Below, piece by piece: positions 24,555 through 32,000 of a stretch of DNA of 32,000 nt (the stretch's first letter is position 1; each line of letters begins with the position of its first letter). Source of the DNA: Flavobacteriaceae bacterium (GTDB lineage Bacteria; Bacteroidota; Bacteroidia; Flavobacteriales; Flavobacteriaceae); the NCBI GenBank assembly GCA_965224465.1, contig OZ245049.1:4680001-4712000 (forward strand). The letters are read 5' to 3'. The notes below the pieces were generated by a model. That model searched no databases, was not told where the DNA came from, and saw only the letters and a list, made by a program, of their open reading frames with translations. Made by a program: the position numbers and the translations under genes.

Positions 24555-25730
24555 ATGAAACGTAAAATTTCAACGGTATTAGCACTTTTAATAGGGGGCG
24601 CATTTTTAAGTTATGGTCAATCAGAGACTAAAAAAGTAAGTGTTAAGTTTAGTGGGTTTGTAAAAACAGACTTTATGTATGATTCTAGGCAAACAACAAA
24701 TGCACGGGAAGGTCACTTTATGATTTTGCCAGCACCTGAAAAAATGGATGGGACTAAAGATTTAAACGATCAATCTAATGTGAACTTTTTATCCATTCAG
24801 TCCCGTTTAAGAGCAAAAATTTCTGGTCCAGATTTTTTTGGAATGAAAACATCTGGGATGATAGAAGGAGCGTTTTTCGGAAATTCGAATGCCACAACAG
24901 GAGAATTTAGATTGCGTCATGCTTTTGTGAAGTTATCGAACGATAAAATAGACCTTATAGTTGGACAATATTGGCATCCCATGTTTGTAACCGCTGTTTT
25001 TCCAGGGACCTACTCTTTTAATACAGGAGTACCTTTTCAACCATTTTCTAGAAATCCTCAATTGAGAATAGAAACCAAAGGAAATGTAAAATTTATTGGG
25101 GTCATGTTTACCGAACGTGATTTTAAAACAAGAGGCGCCAGTGTAAGTCAATCTGGAATTCCACAGTTTCATGCACAATTGCAATTTGGGGATGCATCTA
25201 AGACACTTGGAGGTTTTGGAATAAATCTTAAAACGGTCCGTCCTGGATTGGGAATGGATAACTTTTCTTCCTTGGCTTATATTGGATACTATAGAACTAA
25301 ATTTGGAAATATGACATGGAAAGCAGAGGCTACCTATGGAGATAATATGTCAGATTTATTACAAATAGGAGGTTTTGGTACGGATGCTAGTAATGATTAT
25401 ATAAGTACAAATACGTTGTCTATGTGGACCGAATTTAGTGGAGATTTTTCTGAAACAATGGAGTGGGGAGTCTTTGGAGGATATACAGAAAATGGTGGAT
25501 TTGGTGAAAAGGCAACACATGTAGCTGGTTTTCTATCATCTTCAGTTGTTGATGCTTGGAGAGTTGCACCTCGCATAGGATGGAAATCAGGAAAGTTGAA
25601 AATAGGAGTCGAAACAGAATATACTTCTGCACAATACGGAGGCTTAGATGCCAATGGAAAAATGGATGCAGGAACTACAGATGCAGTTGGTAATTTAAGA
25701 CTAATAACCACTGCGATTTATAATTTTTAA
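24555..25730 (+). CDS. outer-membrane beta-barrel porin
   Basis: Signal peptide MKRKISTVLALLIGGAFLSYGQ, alternating beta-strand pattern, and C-terminal aromatic residue (...AIYNF). Confidence 0.7.
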   Translation: MKRKISTVLALLIGGAFLSYGQSETKKVSVKFSGFVKTDFMYDSRQTTNAREGHFMILPAPEKMDGTKDLNDQSNVNFLSIQSRLRAKISGPDFFGMKTSGMIEGAFFGNSNATTGEFRLRHAFVKLSNDKIDLIVGQYWHPMFVTAVFPGTYSFNTGVPFQPFSRNPQLRIETKGNVKFIGVMFTERDFKTRGASVSQSGIPQFHAQLQFGDASKTLGGFGINLKTVRPGLGMDNFSSLAYIGYYRTKFGNMTWKAEATYGDNMSDLLQIGGFGTDASNDYISTNTLSMWTEFSGDFSETMEWGVFGGYTENGGFGEKATHVAGFLSSSVVDAWRVAPRIGWKSGKLKIGVETEYTSAQYGGLDANGKMDAGTTDAVGNLRLITTAIYNF

Positions 25731-25742
25731 AACCTAATAACT

Positions 25743-26000
25743 ATGTCTAAAACTAACAAACAGGCTTATTGGAGAGAAAACCTTAAATACTTGGCGATTT
25801 TGCTAACTATTTGGTTTTTGGTCTCCTATGGAGCAGGAATCTTATGGGTAGAACAATTAAATACAATCAAGCTTGGAGGCTTTAAATTGGGCTTCTGGTT
25901 TGCGCAACAAGGCGCTATGTACGTATTTGTCATCCTTATTTTTGTGTACATGAAAATCATGAATACATTGGATAAAAAATATGGCTACAACGAAGACTAA
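25743..26000 (+). CDS. DUF4212 small subunit of a solute:sodium symporter
   Basis: 85 aa with two TM segments. YWRENLKYLAILLTIWFLVSYG...GFKLGFWFAQQGAMYVFVILIFVY matches the DUF4212/TIGR03647-type small subunit from memory. Confidence 0.8.
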   Translation: MSKTNKQAYWRENLKYLAILLTIWFLVSYGAGILWVEQLNTIKLGGFKLGFWFAQQGAMYVFVILIFVYMKIMNTLDKKYGYNED

Positions 26001-26108
26001 TACCAACTTACATTTCCAAGTGACGGTTTAGAAATAGAATTATTTTTTAACAACGCTAGAAGGTATAATAAACTATTTATATCTGTCATTTTGGATTGTA
26101 ATTGGTAT
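26000..26108. repeat. dispersed palindromic (MITE/REP-like) element, long copy, between the symporter small- and large-subunit genes
   Basis: ATACCAACTTACATTTCCAAGTGACGGTTTAGAAATAGAATT...TTATATCTGTCATTTTGGATTGTAATTGGTAT. It starts on the last base of the DUF4212 TAA stop codon. Confidence 0.8.
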
Positions 26109-26243
26109 CGCCTAATTATTATGAACTAACAAATTTTTTACTATTTAGGAACAAGGTGCATACGTCTAAGTGTTTGGGAGTGTGTAATGCTGTTATAGCA
26201 TGGATTAACTAATTAACTATTAACTAACAAAACTTTTTAAATC

Positions 26244-27953
26244 ATGGGAATATTAGCATGGACATGGATTCTGGTGGGAATCACCTTTGCCTTATATATC
26301 GGTATCGCTATTTGGGCACGCGCAGGATCGTCTAAAGAATTTTACGTAGCTGGAGGAGGAGTTCCCCCAATTTTAAACGGAATGGCAACTGCAGCGGACT
26401 GGATGTCGGCAGCCTCTTTTATTTCGTTGGCGGGAATTATTTCGTTTTCGGGCTATGATGCCTCCGTTTATCTAATGGGATGGACTGGAGGATATGTATT
26501 ACTGGCGCTCTTGTTAGCACCTTATCTTAGAAAATTCGGAAAGTTTACAGTCCCTGATTTTATAGGGGATCGTTACTATTCTAATACCGCACGTATTGTG
26601 GCTGTAATTGCAGCGTTAATTGTTTCGTTTACTTATGTAGCTGGACAGATGAGAGGTGTTGGAATTGTCTTTTCTAGGTACTTGGAAGTAGAGATTGATA
26701 CAGGAGTGTATATAGGAATGGCGATTGTTTTGTTTTATGCAGTATTAGGTGGGATGAAAGGGATTACGTATACTCAAGTAGCTCAATATTGTGTATTGAT
26801 ATTTGCCTTTATGGTGCCTGCCATATTTATATCATTTCAAATGACAGGAAATCCGATTCCTCAAATAGGTTTTGGTAGTGAAGGAGCAGATGGTGTGTAT
26901 TTATTGGATAAATTAGATGGTTTGCAACGTGAACTTGGTTTTCATGAATATACCTCGGGGCAAAAATCGATGGTAGATGTCTTTGCAATCACGGTAGCTT
27001 TGATGGTTGGAACGGCAGGTTTACCGCATGTAATTGTAAGGTTTTTTACGGTGCCTAAGGTAGCGGATGCTCGTAAATCGGCAGGATGGGCTTTATTGTT
27101 CATCGCTATTTTATATACCACAGTACCTGCAGTAGCTGTTTTTGCGCGTATTAAATTAATAGAGGAAGTTAGTAATAAAGAATATGCCGAATTGCCTTCT
27201 TGGTTTGGGAATTGGGAAAAAACAGGCTTGTTAAAGTTTGATGATAAAAACGGGGATGGATTGGTACAATACGTAGCCGATAAAGAGCTAAACGAACTGA
27301 CGATAGATCGTGATATTATGGTGTTGGCAAATCCGGAAATTGCACAATTGCCTAACTGGGTGATTGCCTTAGTAGGAGCTGGTGGTTTGGCAGCGGCACT
27401 TTCTACGGCAGCAGGATTGCTCTTAGTTATCGCATCTTCTATATCACACGATTTAATTAAAAAAATTATCAATCCAGGAATTTCTGAAAAAGGAGAATTG
27501 ATTGCCGCTCGTTTGAGTGCAGCTGCTGCGGTAGTTGTCGCGGGGTATTTTGGAATCAATCCGCCTGGTTTTGTAGCGGCGGTGGTCGCGCTGGCCTTTG
27601 GTCTGGCTGCAGCATCATTCTTCCCCGCGATCTTATTGGGGATTTTTGATAAGCGAATGAACAAAGAAGGGGCCGTTTCGGGAATGATTGTTGGACTATT
27701 ATTTATGATTTTTTACATGATGAAATTCAAATTTGGTTTGTTTGATGGTGGAGGTAAAGAAGTAGTTGCTTCTTTAAAATCTGATTGGTGGTTTGGGATA
27801 TCTCCGGAAGGATTTGGTACCATTGCCATGTTGGCAAACTTTACCGTATCGCTAGTGGTGTCTCGATTTACCGCTGCACCGCCACAACATATACAAGATC
27901 TTGTAGAGGATATTCGTATTCCCTCAGGAGCAGGTGATGCAATAGATCATTAA
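26244..27953 (+). CDS. sodium:solute symporter (SSS family, VC_2705-type large subunit; probable carboxylate/acetate uptake)
   Basis: 569-aa polytopic protein with SSS motifs (AADWMSAASFISLAG, GLPHVIVRFFTV). Paired with a DUF4212 gene, as in the VC_2705 subfamily. Confidence 0.85.
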   Translation: MGILAWTWILVGITFALYIGIAIWARAGSSKEFYVAGGGVPPILNGMATAADWMSAASFISLAGIISFSGYDASVYLMGWTGGYVLLALLLAPYLRKFGKFTVPDFIGDRYYSNTARIVAVIAALIVSFTYVAGQMRGVGIVFSRYLEVEIDTGVYIGMAIVLFYAVLGGMKGITYTQVAQYCVLIFAFMVPAIFISFQMTGNPIPQIGFGSEGADGVYLLDKLDGLQRELGFHEYTSGQKSMVDVFAITVALMVGTAGLPHVIVRFFTVPKVADARKSAGWALLFIAILYTTVPAVAVFARIKLIEEVSNKEYAELPSWFGNWEKTGLLKFDDKNGDGLVQYVADKELNELTIDRDIMVLANPEIAQLPNWVIALVGAGGLAAALSTAAGLLLVIASSISHDLIKKIINPGISEKGELIAARLSAAAAVVVAGYFGINPPGFVAAVVALAFGLAAASFFPAILLGIFDKRMNKEGAVSGMIVGLLFMIFYMMKFKFGLFDGGGKEVVASLKSDWWFGISPEGFGTIAMLANFTVSLVVSRFTAAPPQHIQDLVEDIRIPSGAGDAIDH

Positions 27954-27973
27954 TAACATATAAAATTTGTATT

Positions 27974-28036
27974 CGAGGTTGTTTGGATGTTGGTATCCAT
28001 AGTTTTAGTACGTTAATTCAAACGGCCTCGTTTTAT
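27974..28036 (+). terminator. long hairpin after the symporter gene
   Basis: CGAGGTTGTTTGa...tCAAACGGCCTCG (11/13 pairing) with an inner GGATgttggtATCC stem-loop, followed by TTTTAT. Confidence 0.3.
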
Positions 28037-28058
28037 AAATACCTTAAAATTATAAGGA

Positions 28059-28253
28059 GTGAAAAAAAGACATGAGCAAAAATTAGTAGCAGTATCATTG
28101 GTGTTATTGGTGTGTTTAAATGTGCCAATTTTATTAATTTTTAACAAAACAGGGAGCGTTTTTGGCTTGCCTGTCTTGTATTTTTATATCTTTTTTGTTT
28201 GGGTAATAAGTATTATTGTTTCATATATTTTGCTTAAAAAATACTATGAGTAG
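28059..28253 (+). CDS. small two-TM membrane peptide overlapping the start of the sensor kinase gene
   Basis: 64-aa ORF (GTG start, uncertain) with two hydrophobic helices. Its TAG (28251-28253) lies past the kinase ATG (28246), giving an 8-nt overlap. Confidence 0.4.
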   Translation: MKKRHEQKLVAVSLVLLVCLNVPILLIFNKTGSVFGLPVLYFYIFFVWVISIIVSYILLKKYYE

Positions 28254-30936
28254 CATTTTAGTCATATCAATTATTGTTATCTACTTAGGATTTATTTTCT
28301 ATGTAGCTTTTTGGGCTGAGAAAAATGCAAAGAGTAAATGGGTAAATAATCCCTATGTGTACACGCTATCTCTAGCCGTCTTTTGTTCTGCATGGACCTA
28401 TTATGGAGGTGTGGGATTGGCAGCTACTTCTGGCTTAAAATTTTTGACAATCTATTTGGGACCAATCATTATTATTCCTACTTGGATTTTATTAATGCGT
28501 AAGATTATGCGCATTTCTAAAGGCAATAAAATTTCTTCTATTGCAGATTTTATATCCTTGCGTTATGGAAACGATCGTTTATTAGGTGCCTTGGTTACAG
28601 TGGTTTGTGTTTTGGCTATTGTTCCTTATATTTCTTTACAGTTAAAGGCGATTTCAGAAACTTTTAATGTGATTACAAACCAGCAAACAACCAGTGCGAG
28701 TATGGTGGGAGATACTACCTTTTATATCGCTATAATGTTGGCTGTTTTTGCTGCTTTTTTTGGGACACAGCATACAGATGCATCCGAGCGTCATAAAGGA
28801 ATTGTGATGGCAGTAGCCGTTGAATCATTATTAAAACTGGTGGTTTTTATAGGGATAGGTCTCTATGTCACCTATTATGTATTTAATGGACCTGTAGATA
28901 TTGTAGAAAAAGCGAAACTCTTGCCTGGTTTCTCCGAAAAATTAGATATTGGTGGATTAGAAGGTGGTTTCAACTGGTTTTTCTTAAGTATGTTGTCTAT
29001 GTTTGCTATTATGTTGTTGCCGAGGCAGTTTCAAGTAGCCGTATTGGAAAATGAACGTGAAAAATACTTAAAAAAAGCGATTTGGTTATTTCCTCTCTAT
29101 TTAATGTTGTTCAACGTTTTTGTGATTTTTATTGCTTGGGGTGGAACTATTATATTTGAAGGTCAATCTGTAGATGCAGATTTATATACCTTGATGATTC
29201 CTTTGATTAACGATCATCAGTTGGTCGCCTTAATGGTGTTTTTGGGAGGTTTTTCTTCGGCAATGTCTATGGTTGTAATTTCTACACTTGCGCTTTCTAC
29301 GATGCTGAGTAATAATTTAATTATTCCTTATGGGTTTTTGAGTAAGTTTAGTAAAGAAGGTTCTCGGAAAAATATGGAATCGATAAAAACCATTCGCAGG
29401 TTGGCAATTTTTTTTCTTATTATCATCGCTTATTTATTTTATAAAAGTTTTACTCTGAATCGTTCTTTGGTATCCATTGGATTGATATCTTTTGTAATAA
29501 TTGCACAACTTGCACCTTCTTTTTTTGGAGGACTGTTTTGGAGAAGGGGATCATCTTTAGGAAGTAAAATCGGGATCTTAGTAGGTTTTTTAATGACGGT
29601 TTTTACCTTGATTATTCCTTTTACTATAGATTCGCAACTTATTGATAGTTCTTTTGTGCAAGATGGCTTGTTTGGATTAGAACTATTGCGACCGTATCAC
29701 TTGTTTGGAATGGATTTTTTAGAGCCAGTTCCCCACGCATTTTTTTGGAGTTTATTTTTTAATACGGCATGTTATGGTCTTATTTCGGTAAGTACAGCAG
29801 GGAGTTATCGCGAACGTAATTTTGCTGAAATGTTTGTAGATCATACCAAATACGCAGCTTTACATGAAGATGCTTATGTATGGAAAGGGGAGGCTTATGT
29901 TAAGGATTTGAAAAATATTTTAAATCGATTTTTAGGAGTGATTCGTACGGATAGGGCTTTTAAATTGTTTTATATGAAATATGATTTGGATGTAGATTCT
30001 CCGTTTGCGGATGCGAGATTGGTGAATTTTTCTGAAAAATTATTGACAGGTACCATCGGAAGTGCCTCTTCGAGAATTTTGATTTCTACGGTGGTTAAAG
30101 AAGAGGAAATAAGTTTGTCTGAGGTGCTAAATATTTTAGATGAAACACAAAAAACAAAGGCGTCCAATAAGGAGTTGCGAGAGAAGTCTAAAGAGTTAAA
30201 ACAAATGGCAGATACCATTAAAAACTCCAATATAGAACTCAAGCAAAAAGACAAGCAGAAAGACGATTTTTTGGATACTGTGGCGCACGAGTTAAAAACG
30301 CCAATCACCTCTATCAGAGCTTTTTCAGAAATTTTACTCGACAATGAAGATATAGATCCAGTGATGCGTAAGAAGTTTTTGAGTTCTGTATTGAGTGAAA
30401 GTGAGCGCGTAAGCAGATTGATTAATAATTTGTTAGATATAGAAAAATTGGCAAAAGGAAATCAAGAATTAGAGGTGCGTTCTCATCAAATTGATAGAAC
30501 TGTAAAAATATCTATCGATAAAGTAAAACAATTTGCTCAGAAAAATAAGGTGAACATTGAGAATAAAAACACACTTGATCGGGTTTTAAATTACGATGAA
30601 GATCGCATTATTCAAGTGTTGATTAATTTATTGACCAATGCTATTAAGTTTGCTGAAAAGGAGCATGGAAAAGTAATCGTAAGTTTGGAAGTAGTCGCTA
30701 ATTTTATTCATATTTCTATTCGAGATAATGGAAAAGGAATTCCAACAGACGAATTGGAACTTATTTTTGATAAGTTTTATCAATCCAAGAATCAAAATAT
30801 ATTGAAACCTATTGGAAGCGGTCTTGGATTGGCAATAAGTAAGCAGATTATTGAAAGTCATAAGGGAAAAATTTGGGCAGAAAATAACATAGAAAAAGGA
30901 GCGAAAGTTTCGTTTTCACTAATATTAAATGAATAA
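28246..30936 (+). CDS. hybrid sensor: N-terminal SSS (SLC5-like) transporter domain fused to a histidine kinase (CbrA/CrbS-type architecture)
   Basis: About 500 aa of SSS-type TM helices, then a coiled coil, the H-box FLDTVAHELKTPITSIRAF, N-box LLTNAIKF, and G-boxes IRDNGKGIP and GSGLGLAISKQI. ATG at 28246 (the track ORF starts at TTG 28216). Confidence 0.85.
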   Translation: MSSILVISIIVIYLGFIFYVAFWAEKNAKSKWVNNPYVYTLSLAVFCSAWTYYGGVGLAATSGLKFLTIYLGPIIIIPTWILLMRKIMRISKGNKISSIADFISLRYGNDRLLGALVTVVCVLAIVPYISLQLKAISETFNVITNQQTTSASMVGDTTFYIAIMLAVFAAFFGTQHTDASERHKGIVMAVAVESLLKLVVFIGIGLYVTYYVFNGPVDIVEKAKLLPGFSEKLDIGGLEGGFNWFFLSMLSMFAIMLLPRQFQVAVLENEREKYLKKAIWLFPLYLMLFNVFVIFIAWGGTIIFEGQSVDADLYTLMIPLINDHQLVALMVFLGGFSSAMSMVVISTLALSTMLSNNLIIPYGFLSKFSKEGSRKNMESIKTIRRLAIFFLIIIAYLFYKSFTLNRSLVSIGLISFVIIAQLAPSFFGGLFWRRGSSLGSKIGILVGFLMTVFTLIIPFTIDSQLIDSSFVQDGLFGLELLRPYHLFGMDFLEPVPHAFFWSLFFNTACYGLISVSTAGSYRERNFAEMFVDHTKYAALHEDAYVWKGEAYVKDLKNILNRFLGVIRTDRAFKLFYMKYDLDVDSPFADARLVNFSEKLLTGTIGSASSRILISTVVKEEEISLSEVLNILDETQKTKASNKELREKSKELKQMADTIKNSNIELKQKDKQKDDFLDTVAHELKTPITSIRAFSEILLDNEDIDPVMRKKFLSSVLSESERVSRLINNLLDIEKLAKGNQELEVRSHQIDRTVKISIDKVKQFAQKNKVNIENKNTLDRVLNYDEDRIIQVLINLLTNAIKFAEKEHGKVIVSLEVVANFIHISIRDNGKGIPTDELELIFDKFYQSKNQNILKPIGSGLGLAISKQIIESHKGKIWAENNIEKGAKVSFSLILNE

Positions 30937-31305
30937 ATGAAAAAGATATTAATTGTAGATGATGAACCTAATATTGTGATGTCACTCGAATACTTATTTA
31001 AAAAGGAAGGGTTCGAAGTGTTTATAGCAAGAGATGGAGAGGAAGCATTAGCAATCCTAGCTCAAGACATACCAGATCTTGTGCTGTTGGATGTGATGAT
31101 GCCTAAAGTAGATGGCTATCAGGTGATAAAATACCTAAAGGCATCTGAAAAATTAAAGAATATAAAAGTGATTTTTTTATCCGCTAAAAGCAAAGCAACG
31201 GACATAGAAAAAGGACTGAGCCTAGGGGCAGATAAATATATAGCCAAACCATTTTCTACAAAGAAACTGGTAAGTGAAGTCAAAAAATTAGTACTTACAA
31301 AGTAA
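30937..31305 (+). CDS. single-domain (receiver-only, CheY-like) response regulator
   Basis: 122 aa. ILIVDDEPNI, the phospho-acceptor context LVLLDVMMPKVDG, LSAKS and KPF. There is no output domain. Its ATG follows the kinase stop directly. Confidence 0.9.
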   Translation: MKKILIVDDEPNIVMSLEYLFKKEGFEVFIARDGEEALAILAQDIPDLVLLDVMMPKVDGYQVIKYLKASEKLKNIKVIFLSAKSKATDIEKGLSLGADKYIAKPFSTKKLVSEVKKLVLTK

Positions 31306-31344
31306 TTCCATTTCTAAACCATCACTTGGAAATGTATTTGGTAT
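31305..31344. repeat. half-copy (inverted orientation) of the dispersed palindromic element
   Basis: The reverse complement ATACCAAATACATTTCCAAGTGATGGTTTAGAAATGGAAT equals the left arm of the 26000 copy. It starts on the last base of the response-regulator TAA. Confidence 0.7.
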
Positions 31345-31412
31345 AAAACACGCGTATAAACATAAAAATAATAATAAGTACACAATTTGATATTGGTAAA
31401 TATCAATTGTAA

Positions 31413-31472
31413 TACCAACTAAACTTTTAAACGACTTGATTTATATCGGTTATTTGGAACTGGATTTGGTGT
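31413..31472. repeat. degenerate copy of the dispersed palindromic element
   Basis: ATACCAACTAAACTTTTAAACGACTTGATTTATATCGGTTATTTGGAACTGGATTTGGTGT aligns with the copies at 14845 and 26000. Confidence 0.5.
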
Positions 31473-31525
31473 AAATCATACAAGCTTCTTATATGGGGCA
31501 GAAAATACTAACTAAAATATAGAAT

Positions 31526-32000
31526 ATGAAGTATCTAGAGCATTACAAAGAAAGTGTTAGCAATCCAGAAAAATTTTGGAAGGAACAATCCGAAAATATA
31601 GCATGGTATAAAAAACCAACCAAGATTTTGTCTAAAAACGACCAAGGTTTTTACCGATGGTTTGAAGATGGAACGCTAAACATTTGTTATTTGGCTCTTG
31701 ATAAACATATCGAAGATGGTTTTGGAGATCAAATTGCATTTATTTATGATTCGCCAGTTACGCAAAAAGTTGTCAAATACACTTATACTGATGTGAAGCT
31801 TGAAGTAGCGCGTTTGGCAGGTGGATTGAGAGATTTAGGAGTGAGCAAAGGAGATACCGTAATTATTTATATGCCCATGATTCCTCAAGCCGCTTTTAGT
31901 ATGCTTGCTTGTGCTAGAATTGGCGCAATACATTCCGTAGTTTTTGGGGGATTTGCTCCTCATGAATTGGCAATCAGAATCGATGATTGTAAACCTAAAG
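31526..32000 (+). CDS. acyl-CoA synthetase of the acetate/propionate-CoA ligase family (5' part; continues beyond window)
   Basis: The N-terminus YKESVSNPEKFWKEQSENIAWYKKP...RWFEDGTLNICYLALDKH...IIYMPMIPQAAFSMLACARIGAIHSVVFGGFAPHELAIRIDDCKPK closely parallels PrpE/Acs N-terminal regions as I remember them. Confidence 0.85.
   Translation, partial: MKYLEHYKESVSNPEKFWKEQSENIAWYKKPTKILSKNDQGFYRWFEDGTLNICYLALDKHIEDGFGDQIAFIYDSPVTQKVVKYTYTDVKLEVARLAGGLRDLGVSKGDTVIIYMPMIPQAAFSMLACARIGAIHSVVFGGFAPHELAIRIDDCKPK

Noticed and set aside
25397-25711. Antisense ORFs within the porin gene (24933-25184, 25397-25711, 25435-25632)
   Set aside because: These are shadow ORFs. The sense ORF has a signal peptide, beta-barrel periodicity and a C-terminal aromatic residue.
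26942-27664. 240-aa antisense ORF inside the symporter gene
   Set aside because: It is Ala/Thr/Pro-rich shadow translation of a Gly/Ala-rich membrane-protein gene. The sense-strand ORF has clear SSS-family motifs.

Overview
AT-rich bacterial chromosomal segment. By inference it is Flavobacteriia/Bacteroidota-like: TAnnTTTG-type -7 boxes, lipoprotein and porin signals, overall gene content. It has two parts.

(1) About 330-11230 is an accessory, defence-type island with every gene on the + strand. In order it holds: a SIR2_2-domain protein with an unassigned C-terminal domain; a helical hypothetical ORF whose 3' end is replaced by an IS30-family insertion; a GIY-YIG/DUF4357 nuclease-family gene; an 816-aa protein with a PD-(D/E)xK-like motif and C-terminal TPRs; and a clear prokaryotic viperin (pVip). 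These are followed by a decayed DUF45/YgjP remnant, an 11-unit tandem array of ~100-112 bp hairpin-containing repeats, and a 59-bp palindrome. The island abuts the 3' end of a tRNA-Ser(UGA). A second, compensatorily mutated tRNA-Ser(UGA) copy lies 1 kb further on, with one hypothetical gene in between. No integrase is visible.

(2) About 12500-32000 is housekeeping. It holds TauE/SafE permease, aroC, a class-V aminotransferase, a PepSY-TM protein, a lipoprotein and gltBD. Then comes a short-chain-carboxylate uptake and sensing locus: solo InsA-like Zn-ribbon/HTH gene, porin, DUF4212 plus VC_2705-type Na+/solute symporter, a small membrane ORF overlapping a symporter-fused histidine kinase, a receiver-only response regulator, and an acyl-CoA synthetase (3' end outside the window). 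A palindromic MITE/REP-like element family occurs at five intergenic sites.

The best candidates for something undescribed are the uncharacterised partners around pVip and SIR2, and the tandem array.
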